Origin: Chiloscyllium plagiosum
Lineage: Eukaryota
NCBI RefSeq assembly: GCF_004010195.1
Contig: NC_057749.1
Location: forward strand, 25,966,599 to 26,030,598
Direction: 5' to 3'
DNA: 64,000 nt
Position 1 is the first letter of the stretch, and every line of letters starts with the position of its first letter. Positions 24,550 to 36,140 of the stretch are shown here, piece by piece. A program made the translations under genes and the position numbers. Under the pieces are notes generated by a model. That model worked only from the letters and a program-made list of their open reading frames with translations. It was not told the DNA's origin and made no database searches.

Positions 24550-25066
24550 TTGCTGCTTAGGGACCCTGCCACCTCTAGGACTTAACATTGAGTTCAGTAA
24601 CTTTAGAGCCTGATTCTATCCTATCTTATCCCCCCGACACCCCCTCCTATTATGTCGTGGGTTGATTTTAGCACAGTCACCCATTATCAGATTATCTCCT
24701 TGGCCCATTATCACATTATCTGGGCTGCATTCAGTACAGCTCACCCATTTTCTCACTGTTAACTCTGATTACCTCTTATTCAGCTTTTCTTCGGTCCTGG
24801 CCTGTTATCCATTTCCTCCTTGTACATACCCTTTTTAATTTCTATCTTTCTGTCTCTAGCTATCCACTTATCACCCCACGTGCCCCAAGCACACCCCTAC
24901 TGCCAACAACTCAACTTCAGCATAAATACTAATAGTTCCTAGCTACTAACAGTTCTGATGAAAACTCACCGGATTTGAACCATTGACTCTACTTTTTTCC
25001 TACAGATGCTTGCTGAGTTTCTCCTGCAATTTCTGTCTTTGTTTCAGATCTCCAGCATCTGCAGTT
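24550..25066 (+). mobile_element. Older PLE 3' end
   Basis: ggacttaacattgagttcagtaactttaga ORF end, pyrimidine-rich UTR and a degenerate ctgatgaa core. Confidence 0.65.
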
Positions 25067-25524
25067 ATAGAGTCATACTGCACAGAAACAGAGCCTTTGG
25101 CCCAACCAGTCCATTACCAACCATAATCTCAAACTAAACTAGTCCCACCTACCTGCACTTGGCTCATATCCCTCCAAACATTTCTTATTCATATACTTAT
25201 CTAAATGTCTTTTAAACATTGTAACTGTACTCACATCCCCCACTTCCTCCACATGAACCACTCTCTGGGTTAAATGTGTAAAGCAGAAATTGCACCCTGA
25301 GTTCCGGTAAAGACTCGGTGGACTCAAAACATTAACTCTGTTTTCTCCCCACAGTTGCTGCCAGACCTACTGGATTTCTCCAGCAATTTCAGTTTTTTAT
25401 TTCAGATTTCCAACATCTGCAATTCTTTGTTCTATTATCTTATAATTCAATTGTTATTCTTCCTTGGTCCGCTCTGTATCAACTCCACTAATTCATGCTT
25501 TTGTTTAGTCGGTGTGATAATCCT

Positions 25525-25735
25525 GGAGAAAGTGACGACTGCAGATGCTGGAGATCAGAGTCAAGAGTGTGGTGCTGGAAAAACACAGCAGGTCAGGCAG
25601 CATCCGAGTAGCAGGAGAATCGACATTTCGCGCATTAGGTCTTCATCAGGAAAGATGAAGAGCTGATGCCCGAAATGTCGATTCTCCTGCTCCTCGGATG
25701 CTGCCTGACTGGCTGTGTTTTTCAAGCTCCATACT
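25525..25735. mobile_element. PLE family A hairpin; similar ones at ~30812-31032, 39637-39838, 43969-44181, 51142-51352 and single arms at ~8742-8823, 28124-28235, 30381-30510, 39942-40060, 41167-41300, 46752-46822, 54910-55033, 55420-55517
   Basis: ggagaaagtga.gactgcagatgctggagatcagag..gctggaaaagcacagcaggtcaggcagcatcc in one or both orientations. Confidence 0.85.
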
Positions 25736-26299
25736 GGTGTGGTAATCGTATCTGACAAAGGTGTTTACCATCTCCATTTGATGACATTGCAGCAATGTGA
25801 TATCACTTTAAAAGGTCAGTGATAAAACTCGGAAATAACTAGGTTATGAATACATCAGGCAACACATTGATTAGTCTGTTAATAATAATCATTATCACAT
25901 AATATGTAACCATACATGCAAAAATTAAATGGTGACGATTAGAAATTGTTGATTGTGCGAGTTAAGATAAGGGTTGATTCTGAGGAATTACCAATCATAC
26001 AGGATTTATTGCTGGTTTATCAGTGGACCCTTGTCATTTGCTAGAATTAGAAGAGTTAGTCCTGAGAGCTACATATTACTCATCAGTCTGCCATAGGCAA
26101 CTGGTAAATTAGATGGTGTAACAATGGTCTTCTGTTTTATGTACAAGCCAGGCGTGTGAGATCATAAAACCAGACAAATGACACGATGGCCAATTCATTC
26201 AGGATAGTGCCAACACTGGGTGACGCTTTGCAAACTCTCTGCAGCAGATCTTATTCTCACATTCCTTACAATTATTCCACACTTCTAAAACTCAATTCC

Positions 26300-26528
26300 A
26301 AGTCTGTAAAAATTACTGACAAAGTTCTCTTACATCTACTTATTTTTATAAACCTCCTGTGAAACCGTAACTTTGTATGTCTTACTCCATTTAATCACCC
26401 TATGGTCTGTATGTCCATGTATGATATGATCTGACTGCACAGTACACAAAACATTTCACTGTACTTAGGACAGCAATAAATCAAATCAAGTCAAATTAAA
26501 TTAAATCAAATCAAATCAAATCACATCA
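26300..26528 (+). mobile_element. Rex1/Babar 3' UTR with (TCAAA)n tail
   Basis: ..catttcactgtactt..caataaatcaaatcaa; matches the reverse complement of 15947-16030. Confidence 0.65.
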
Positions 26529-26569
26529 GAACAGCTATAAGGAGAAAGCCCCATTCTTGGTAATACCCA

Positions 26570-27930
26570 GGTCAGGAGTAAAGCATAACAGTGGCCCAGC
26601 CAAATAAAACAGCAACAAAATCACCAACTTATTACCTTTACTAAGTTCAGTACAATACCCCTGAAGATGTACATCTTCCCCTCCCCTCCCTCTCACCATT
26701 CTGTGGGAACAGCTCCCTCTACAACACACTAATCGATCCCGAGTTGCCTCTAATATAACCCCACTTCCTTGTAGCCCTTTCTGTGTCGGCCTCTTCACCC
26801 CTCACTGTGCCTGAGGTCACACAGGCTCTTTCCAAGAGAAGCAGCAATTTGAAACAAAAACAGAAATTGGCCCCACGTTCCCTTGAAGAGTCACTGGATT
26901 CGAAACAGTCAACTCTGCTTTCTCTTCACAGATGCTGCCGGACCTGCTGAGCTTCGCCTGCAGCTCCTGTTTCAGATCTCCAGCATCCGCAGTTCTTTGA
27001 CTTATGAAACAGTGATTATTTTGGATTTCTTTCAAGTTGCCACGTTGTATTTGCTGCTCATGATGTGGCCTCCTCAACACAGGGAAGACCAAATACAGCC
27101 TACGTGACTGCTCGATGCCACACCTCTGTTTAGTTTTAATGAGAGGTGTTTAGTGATGCCGAGTTTCAGGTTACTTGTCTTGTTTTAATTCTCCACCTTG
27201 AATGGCAGCATGATGGTTCAGTGGTTAGCACTGCTGCCTCACCAGGGACCCAGGTTCAATTCCAGCCTTGGGCGACCGACTGTGTGGAGTTTGCACATTT
27301 TCTCCGTGTCTGTGCGGGGAACTCTGGTTTCCCCCCATAATCCAAAGATGTGCAAGTCAGGGTGAATTGGCCATGCTAAATTGCCCAGAGTGTTTGGTGC
27401 ATTAGTCAGAGGGAAATGGGTCTGGGTGGGTTACTCTTCAGAGTGTTGGTGTGGACTTGTTGGGCCGAAGGGCCTGTTTCAATATTGTAGGGAATTCTGA
27501 CCTCTCTGTCATTGGCCTGTGGCAGTGTCCCAGTGAAACTCAAGGAGCATCCTACTGTCATCACCCTGATCTTAACACCACATTGAACAACTATAGATTG
27601 TCACCCCTGCTTCCATCTTGTTTTATCTTTGTTCTCTTCCCCCTCCTTTCTATTCATTTTATTGGGATGGTCTTTGCCTTGTTTCTGTCTTTGTCTCTTC
27701 AAGTTGCTTTTAGAAAGGAGCAATTCGCACCTCATTTGGACACGTTTGTTTCTTCTCTAGAACCATTACCACTCTCTTTGGCCTTTGTATTGTAAAATCT
27801 TTCATTATCTGACCCTCCCTGGCCTTCAGCTGATCACAGATCTTTTGTTCTTCCTAACCCATCCTCCCTTCCACAGGTTTTAAAAACTTAAATATCTCTC
27901 TTGTTCTTCGACTTAGAAAAACAGTCATTA
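26570..27930 (+). mobile_element. Old PLE linker and GIY-YIG region, interrupted by a PLE tail (~26845-27003) and HE1 (27203-27498)
   Basis: HIFPSPP.. linker and ttgtatttgctgctcatgatgtggcctcctc..gggaagaccaaa (C..CGLL..GKTK). Confidence 0.6.
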
Positions 27931-27949
27931 ACCTAAATCATTTTCAAAA

Positions 27950-28760
27950 ATTCATTTAGGAGATGAGGGTGGCTCTGGCTAGACCAGCATTTATTGCTCA
28001 TCTCAGAGGGCATCACAGAATCCCTACAGTGTGGAACCAGGCCATTCAGCCCATTAAGTCCACACCAAATTTCTGAAGAGCAACATACCCAACTCCTTAC
28101 CCTATCTCTGTAACCCTGCATTTTATCTCTCCACCCCCGAGGCTCCCAGCCTCATTCCTGATGAAGGGCTCTGGCCCGAAACGTCAATTTCCCTGCTCCT
28201 CGGATGCTGTGCTTTTCCAGCAACACATTCTCAACACCCAACTCCTTACCCATCTTTGTAACCCTGCATTTCCCAAGCCTAACCCACCTAGCCTGCATCC
28301 GTGGACACTATGGGCAATTCTGCATGGCCAATTCACCTAAACCTTCACGTCTTCAGACTGTGGGAGGAAGCTAGAGACTGCACAGACATGGAATGAATGT
28401 GCAAATTCCACACAAATGGCTGCCGGGGGTTGAATTGACCCTGGGTTCCTAGCGCTGTGAGGCAGCTGTGCTAACCACTGTGCCACAATGCTTCTGCTGT
28501 GGGTCTGGAGTCACATGTAGTCCAGACCGGATCAGGATAGTAGCTTACTTCCCTAAATGACATCAGTGAACTTGATAGTTTTTTTTGACATTTGACAATG
28601 GATTTATGGTGTTCATTCAATTCTTAAAAGCAGAGTTTTAAAAATTGAATTCAAAAACCACCATCTGCCATGCTAAGATTCACGCTCAGGTCCCCAGAAC
28701 ATTACCTGGGTCTCTGGATTTACAGGTTAGCAATAATACCACTTGACCATTGTCTCCCCA
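27950..28760 (-). mobile_element. SINE-B containing HE1 (28015-28492), which contains a PLE arm (28124-28235)
   Basis: Three-level nesting; ~36-bp duplication around the PLE arm (28087-28123 / 28236-28271). Confidence 0.8.
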
Positions 28761-29004
28761 TCCGCTATTTCAACACTATTCCCTAACACTGTTTCTCTCT
28801 GTAGATGCTGTCTGACCTGTTGACTACTTCCTGCTTTCTCTTTGTCTTTATTTCAGATATCTAACATCTGCAATATTTCAATTAACCTATAATTCTGCCC
28901 CTTAATTTTATATAATCAATATTAAAAGTTGTTTTGGTTCCATTGTTTGTAGGATGTCCACTTCTCTCCCAACTCTTATCCCCAACCTTTTTCACCTGCC
29001 CATT

Positions 29005-29820
29005 TTATAGAACGGTAGAAAATACGAGCAGGAGGAGGCCATTTGGCCCTTCGAGCCTGCACTACCATTCAATACGATCATGGCTAATTATGCAATCTCA
29101 GTTTCCCTCTCCCACTTGATCCCTTTAGCTGTAAGGGCCATGTCCAGCCCCCTCTTGAATATATTTAACAAACTGACCCCAACAGCTTCCTGGGAGAGAA
29201 TTCTAAGGGTTCACAACTCTGAGTGAAGAAATTCTTTCTCATGTTAGTCCTGAATGGCTTTCCCCTTATTCTTGATGTGGAGATGCCAGTGTTGGACTGG
29301 GGTGGACAAAGTTAAAAATCATACTATACCAGGTTATAGTTCAACAGGCTTAATTGGAAACACTAGCTTTTGGAACGCTGCTCTTTCATCAGGTGGTTGT
29401 GGAGTATAAGATTGTAAGACCCAGAACTGAACTGAAACCAACATGGTCATTCTAATAGATGAGAGAATTAACAAACAATCCAGGTCTTTTTCAATCTATA
29501 ATTTCAGTTACATCATACTGTAAATTTTTGCTGTAAATTCCATGTCTTAGAATCTTATACTCCACAACCACCTGATGAAGGAGCAGTGCTCCAAAAGCTA
29601 GTGCTTCCAAATAAACCTGTTGGACTATAACCTGGAGCTGTGTGAGTTGTACCCTTATTCTTGGACTGTAACCCCTAGTTTTGGACTTCCCCAACATTGG
29701 GAACATTCTTCCCACATCTAGCCTGTCCAATCTCATTAGGATTTTATATGTTTCTATGAGACCCCCCTCTAAGTTCCAGTGAGAATAAGTCCAGTCCATC
29801 CAGTCTGTCTTCATACATTG
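29005..29820 (-). mobile_element. CR1 LINE 3' fragment split by a family B hairpin
   Basis: GGLIETYKILMRLDRLDVGRMFPMLGKSKTRGYS. Confidence 0.85.
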
Positions 29821-29868
29821 TCTCCATTAGTTCTCCCCAGTTCCTCTCCCACACTCAGTCTTAGACTG

Positions 29869-30192
29869 TGGCACGGTGGCTCAGTGGTTAGCATTGCTGC
29901 TTCACAGCGTCAAGGACCTGGGTTTGATTCCAGCCTTGGGCAACTGTCTGTGTGAAGTTTGACCATTCTCCCCGTGTCTGTGTGGGTGTGCTCCGGTTTC
30001 CTCCACAATCCAAAGATGAGCAGGTTAGTTGAACTGGCCGTGCTAAATTCCCCATAGTGTTCAGGGGTGTGTAGGTTAGGTACTTTAGTCAAGGGTAGTT
30101 GTAGGGGAATGGGTCTGGGTGGGTCACGTTTTGGAGGGTCAGTGTGGACATATTGGGCTGAAGGGCCTGTTTCCACACTGTAGGGATTCTAT
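29869..30192 (+). mobile_element. HE1 SINE; further copies at 36187-36482 (+), 37219-37512 (+), 38448-38772 (+), 39482-39940 (+), 40068-40378 (+), 43392-43693 (-), 44305-44506 (-), 45582-45920 (+), 50948-51503 (+), 56163-56462 (-), 61860-62033 (+), 62115-62438 (-)
   Basis: ggcacggtggctcagtggttagca head, V-domain and tail gggcctgtttccacactgtagggattctat. Confidence 0.9.
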
Positions 30193-31059
30193 GATAAACT
30201 GGTGGTGGGTATATTATAAGATACTGCAAGTTTTTGAAAATGTGACACTTCCTCCTCATAATACTTTAGTTGAGCCCTAATCCTCCGGTAGCACCACACC
30301 TCTTTGAAAGGTGAATCATAGACATGTACCAGGAAACCAATGAAACAAATAAGGAATACATAGGTTCGGTACATTAGTCATTCCTGAAGAAGGGCTTATG
30401 CCCGAAACGTCGATTCTCCTGTTCCCTGGATGCTGCCTGACCTGCTGCGCTTTTCCAGCAACACATTTTCAGCTCTGATCTCCAGCATCTGCAGACCTCA
30501 CTTTCTCCTCCTACATTAGTCAAGGGTAAATGTAGGGAATGGGTCTGGGTGGGTTACTCTTCGGAGGGTCGGTGTGGACTTGTTGGGCCAAAGTTACTGT
30601 TTCCACTCTGTCGGGAATCTAATCTAATCTAAGAAATGTTCTAAAATGGCAGTGATTCAAAACAATTACGTTCTACAGAGTTTGGCAGCATGATGTATTT
30701 GGATAAGGATATCCAGATTATTTTGCAAGAGAATATAGAAACCCTATAACCCATTATAAGATAACAGATTTGTATTTCAATGGCTGGGAATTTGCTTGGC
30801 ACTATTCCCAATGTCAAGATTAGAGTGGTGCTGGAACAGCACAGCAGGTCAGGCAGCATCCAAGGAGCAGGAAAATCAACGTTTCGGGCAAAAGCCCTTC
30901 ATCAGGAATTCAGGCTTTTGCCCGAAACATTGATTTTCCTGCTCCTCGGATGCTGCCTCACTGGCTGTGCTTTTCCAACACCACTGTAATCTTGACTCTG
31001 ATCTCCAGCATCTGCAGTCCTCACTTTCACCTACTATTCCCACTTTACCAGCGTTTCTT

Positions 31060-31560
31060 GAGAAAGGTGTGGTTGGAGTGCAGCACACTTTACAATGGTG
31101 TGCTCCAGGTCCCTCAAAATTGTTTTCAAACAAGATGTGCATCTTCCCCTGCCCTCCCATTTCATCATTCTGCCAGAATTGCTGCCTCTGCAGCACCCAG
31201 TCCATCTCCAAGTTGCCGCTGACATGACCCCAATCCCTTGCAGATCCTTCGATGTCGACCTATCCTTTCATCTCCTTGCCCCTAAGTTCTATGAAGAGTC
31301 ACCGGACTCAAAATGTTAACTGTGCTTTCTTCCCACAGATGGAGCCATATCTGCTGAGTTCCTTCAGCAATTCATGTTTTTGTTTCTGATCTCAGCATCC
31401 ACAGGTCTCTGTTTTATGAAATGGCAGTGTGCTTGGACTTCTTTCAAGGTAACATGTTGTATTTGCCTCTCTTGATGTGGCCTCCTGCACCAAACGCAGT
31501 CTATGTGGCCGCTTTGTGCAAAATCTCTGTTTAATCTGCAACTCTGCTTTCACTATAATC
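31060..31560 (+). mobile_element. Old PLE linker and GIY-YIG region with an internal PLE tail (~31285-31415)
   Basis: IFPCPPISSF linker and ttgtatttgcctctcttgatgtggcctcct. Confidence 0.55.
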
Positions 31561-33036
31561 CTCTGGGCCAGATAGAATTTATCGTAGGATTCTCTGGGAA
31601 GCTAGGGAGGAGGTTGCAAGGCCTTTGGCTTTAATCTTTAAGTCAACAGGAATAGTGCCAGAGGACTGGAAATTAGCAAATGTTGTCCCCTTGTTCAAGA
31701 AGGGGAGTAGAGACAACCCTGGTAATTATAGACCAGTGAGCCTTACTTCGGTTGTGGGCAAAGTTTTGGAAAGGATTATAAGAGAAAGATTTATAATCAT
31801 CTAGAAAGGAATCATTTGATTCAGGATAGTCAACACGGTTTTGTGAAGGATAGGTCGTGCCTCACAAACCTTATTGAGTTCTTTGAGAAGGTAAGCAAAT
31901 AGGTGGATGAGGGTAAAGCAGTTGATGTGGTGTATATAGATTTCAGCAAAGTGTTTGATAACGTTCCCCACGGTAAGCTATGGCATACGGAGGGATGGAA
32001 TTGAGGGTGATTTCGCAGTTTGGTCAGAAATTGGCTAGCTGTAAGAAGGCAGATGCTGGTGGTTGATGGGAAATGTTCATCCTGGAGTTCAGTTACTAGT
32101 GGTGTACCGCAAGGATCTGTTTTGGGGTCGCTGCTGTTTGTCATTTTTATAAAGCACTTGGATGCAGATGTAGATGGATGGATTAGTAAATTTGCGGATG
32201 ACACTAAAGTTGGTGGAGTTGTGGTGGACAGTGCCGAAGGATGTTGCAGGTTACAGAGGAACATGGATAAGTTGCAGAGTTGGGCTGAGAGGTGGCAAAT
32301 GGAGTTTAATATGGAAAAGTGTGATGGAGTAACACGAATACAGAATACTGGGCTAATGGTAAGATTCTTGGTTGTGTGGATAAGCAGAGCGATCTCTGTG
32401 TCCATGTACATAGATCTCTGAATGTTGCTTAATAGGGTGTTAAGAAGGCATATGGTGTGTTAGCTTTTATTGGAAGAGGGATTGAGTTTCGGAGCCATGA
32501 TGTCATGTACAAAACTCTGGTGCAGCCGCACTTGGAGTATTATGTACAGTTCTGGTCGCTGCATTATAGGAAGGATGTGGAAGCTTTGGAAAGGGTGCAG
32601 AGGAGACTTACCAGGATGTTGCCTATTATGGAGGGAAGGTTTTATGAGGAAAGGCTGAGGGAGTTGGGGCTGTTTTCATTAGAGAGAAGAAGGTTTAGTT
32701 GTGACTTAATAGAGGCATACAAGATGATCAGAGGATTAGATATGTTGACAATGAGAGCCTTTTTTTCTTGGATGGTGATGGTTAGCATGAGAGAACATAG
32801 CTTTAAACTGAGGGGTGATAGATATAGGACTGAGGTAGGTTCTTTACTCAGTGTAGTAAGGGTATGGAATATTCTGCCTGCAACAGTAGTGGACTCGCCA
32901 ATATTAAGGGCATTTAAATGGTCATTGGTTAAACATATGGATGATAATGGAAAAGTGTAGGTTAGATGGGCTTCACAGGTCGGCGCAACCTCAAGGGCTG
33001 AAGGGCCTGTACTGCGTTGTAATGTTCGATGTTCTA
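31560..33036 (+). mobile_element. HER1/CR1 LINE, 5'-truncated, RT domain with stops and frameshifts
   Basis: GNYRPVSLTS, QHGF, DFSK.FD.VPH, SGVPQGSVLG, SKFADDTK, LEYYVQFWS. Confidence 0.95.
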
Positions 33037-33751
33037 TAATGGAACACTGCCTGGTCTACACTGAACAGTCCATTTCAACTCTCTTTGATATGAAATTATG
33101 AACAAGGAGCAGAAGTAGTTTGGCGCACTGACCTTTACACCGCTGAGGCCAAACGCCAGCTCGCAGATACCTCCTCCTACCGTCCCCTTGACCATGACCC
33201 CACCCCCCACCACCAAACCAACATCTCCCAGACCGTCCATAACCTCATCACCTCAGGGGATCTCCCATCCACCGCCTCCAACCTCATAGTCCCACAACCC
33301 CGCACCGCCCGTTTCTACCTCCTGCCCAAAATCCACAAACCTGACTGCCCCGGACGACCCATCGTCTCAGCCTGCTCCTGCCCAACCGAACTCATCTCGG
33401 CATACCTCGACACGGTCCTGTCCCCATTAGTCCAAGAACCCCCCACCTACGTCCGTGACACCACCCACGCCCTCCACCTACTCCAGGATTTCCGCTTCCC
33501 CGGTCCCCAACGCCTCATCTTCACCATGGACATCCAGTCCCTGTACACCTCCATCCCCCATCACGAAGGACTCAAAGCACTCCGCTTCTGCCTTTCCCGC
33601 CGTACCACCCAGTACCCTTCCACCGACACCCTCCTTCGACTGACCGAACTGGTCCTCACCCTGAACAACTTATCTTTCCAATCCTCCCACTTTCTCCAAA
33701 CAAAAGGAGTAGCCATGGGCACCCGCATGGACCCCAGCTATGCCTGCCTCT

Positions 33752-34595
33752 NNNNNNNNNNNNNNNNNNNNNNNNNNNNNNNNNNNNNNNNNNNNNNNNN
33801 NNNNNNNNNNNNNNNNNNNNNNNNNNNNNNNNNNNNNNNNNNNNNNNNNNNNNNNNNNNNNNNNNNNNNNNNNNNNNNNNNNNNNNNNNNNNNNNNNNNN
33901 NNNNNNNNNNNNNNNNNNNNNNNNNNNNNNNNNNNNNNNNNNNNNNNNNNNNNNNNNNNNNNNNNNNNNNNNNNNNNNNNNNNNNNNNNNNNNNNNNNNN
34001 NNNNNNNNNNNNNNNNNNNNNNNNNNNNNNNNNNNNNNNNNNNNNNNNNNNNNNNNNNNNNNNNNNNNNNNNNNNNNNNNNNNNNNNNNNNNNNNNNNNN
34101 NNNNNNNNNNNNNNNNNNNNNNNNNNNNNNNNNNNNNNNNNNNNNNNNNNNNNNNNNNNNNNNNNNNNNNNNNNNNNNNNNNNNNNNNNNNNNNNNNNNN
34201 NNNNNNNNNNNNNNNNNNNNNNNNNNNNNNNNNNNNNNNNNNNNNNNNNNNNNNNNNNNNNNNNNNNNNNNNNNNNNNNNNNNNNNNNNNNNNNNNNNNN
34301 NNNNNNNNNNNNNNNNNNNNNNNNNNNNNNNNNNNNNNNNNNNNNNNNNNNNNNNNNNNNNNNNNNNNNNNNNNNNNNNNNNNNNNNNNNNNNNNNNNNN
34401 NNNNNNNNNNNNNNNNNNNNNNNNNNNNNNNNNNNNNNNNNNNNNNNNNNNNNNNNNNNNNNNNNNNNNNNNNNNNNNNNNNNNNNNNNNNNNNNNNNNN
34501 NNNNNNNNNNNNNNNNNNNNNNNNNNNNNNNNNNNNNNNNNNNNNNNNNNNNNNNNNNNNNNNNNNNNNNNNNNNNNNNNNNNNNNNNNNNNNNN
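33752..34595. other. Assembly gap
   Basis: Run of N. Confidence 1.
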
Positions 34596-34779
34596 CACCT
34601 GTTCCCTGGATGCTGCCTGACCTGCTGCGCTTTTCCAGCAACACATTTTCAGCTCTGATCTCCAGCCTCTGACCTATCACCCTCACCTTGACCTCTTTCC
34701 ACCTATCACATTTCCAACTCCCCTCCTCCAAGTCCCTCCTCCCTACCTTTTATCTTCTCCTGCTGAACACTCTCTGCTC

Positions 34780-34815
34780 ATTCCTGAAGAAGGGCCTGTG
34801 CCCGAAACGTCGAAT
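34780..34815 (+). ncRNA. Minimal type-I hammerhead ribozyme motif (family A)
   Basis: ATTC-CTGAAGA-A-GGGC-CTGT-GCCC-GAAA-CG-TC/GAAT: stem I ATTC:GAAT, stem II GGGC:GCCC, palindromic ACGT stem III. Confidence 0.75.
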
Positions 34816-34908
34816 CTCCTGTTCCCTGGATGCTGCCTGACCTGCTGTGCTGTTCCAGCAATAAAGTTTCAACTTTGATCTCCAGCATCTGCAGACCTCA
34901 CTTTCTCC

Positions 34909-36140
34909 GCAGAAGTAGGCCAGTCAGCCCCCTGAGTCTGCTCCTCCTTTCAACAAGATCAAATTTGTAACAGCAAATCCACATTCTTGCCTCCCCCCAT
35001 ACTCCCCACCCCCCCCCCCCCACCTTTCATCACTTTTGCTTACGAAGAATCTGTCAGTCTCTACCCTAACAATATTCACAGACCCTACTTACACTGCCTT
35101 TTCAGGAAGGGATTTCCAAAGAGTTGTTGTCTTCCGTGAGGGGAAAAAAAATCTCATCTCTGTTTTAAATGTACAACCCTCTATTATTATACAGTGATCC
35201 CTAGTTTTAGATTCTCCAGTAAAAGGAAACATCGGCTCTACATCCAAACTACTAAGACACGTCAGCATCTCATCAATTCATCTCTCAGTCTTCAAAACTT
35301 CAATAGACACAAGTCTTGCCTGTCCAATCTTTTCCTTAAAAGATAGCCCTCCAATTCTGGGTATTAAGTTTGTACACCTTCTCCGAAATGCTTCCAACAT
35401 ATTTATATTCTTCCTTAATCTGACCAATATGTGCACCATTCCCCAGCTGTGGTCTCACTAGTGCCCTGCATAACTGAATTATAACCTCCTTACACTGTAT
35501 TCATTTCCTCTCATGATAAACAATAATGTAATATTAGCCTTCCCAATTATTTCCTGTTGCTGTGGTTCTGTTCGCCGAGCTGGAAGTTTTTGTTGCAAAC
35601 GTTTCGTCCCCTGGCTAGGCAACATCATCAGTGCTTGGGAGCCTCCTGCGAAGCGCTTCTTTGATGTTTCCTCCGGTGTTTATAGTGCTCCTTGGATGCT
35701 GCCTGACCTGCTGCACTTTTTCAGCAACACATTTTCGGCTACCTATGGCACACCACTTGTTACATCTTACCAACCTGAAAAAAAAGCCGTGCTTGCTCTC
35801 TGTTTTCTGTTAGTCTCCTAATTTTCTAATATGTTACCTCCAACACCATAACATTTCATTTTCTGCAATAAAGTTAGATGACGAAATTCCTCCTAGATAC
35901 ATAAGGACAGTATATCGCCAGATTCCCCTTATCCATTAGACATGTTGCTTCTTCGACGAACTCTGATAGATTGGTTAAACATCTCCCTTTCACAAAAACA
36001 TGCTTACTCTGCCTAATTACCTTAAACTTATCCAAGTGCCATTCTATAAATTGTTTGATAATAATTTCTAACATTTTCTCTGGGATGTTAAGTTGATTAG
36101 CCTGTATTTTCCTGCTTTCTGTCTCCCCTTTTGAATACTC
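34909..36140 (-). mobile_element. Older CR1 LINE fragment (its 3' end continues at ~33092-33118), interrupted at 35556-35742
   Basis: MLEIIIKQFIEWHLDKFKVIRQSKHVFVKGRCLTNL.EFVEE. Confidence 0.8.
35556..35687 (-). mobile_element. PLE family D (Poseidon-like) 3' end with hammerhead motif at 35595-35634
   Basis: Minus strand reads GCA-CTGATGA-T-GTTGCCT-AGCC-AGGGGAC-GAAA-CG-TT/TGC. Confidence 0.7.

Larger units (their letters stand above)
33119..34908 (+). mobile_element. 5'-truncated young PLE (family A, Neptune-type RT) with a tandemly duplicated 3' end, spanning a gap
   Basis: FYLLPKIHK..PGRPIVS, MDIQSLYTSIPH, QTKGVAMGTRM. 10-bp TSD gcagaagtag (33109-33118 / 34909-34918). Confidence 0.93.

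Noticed and set aside
13967..34731. Long ORFs of 260-430 aa in the ORF track
   Set aside because: They are open only because they run through N gaps; the real portions are PLE RT or simple repeat.
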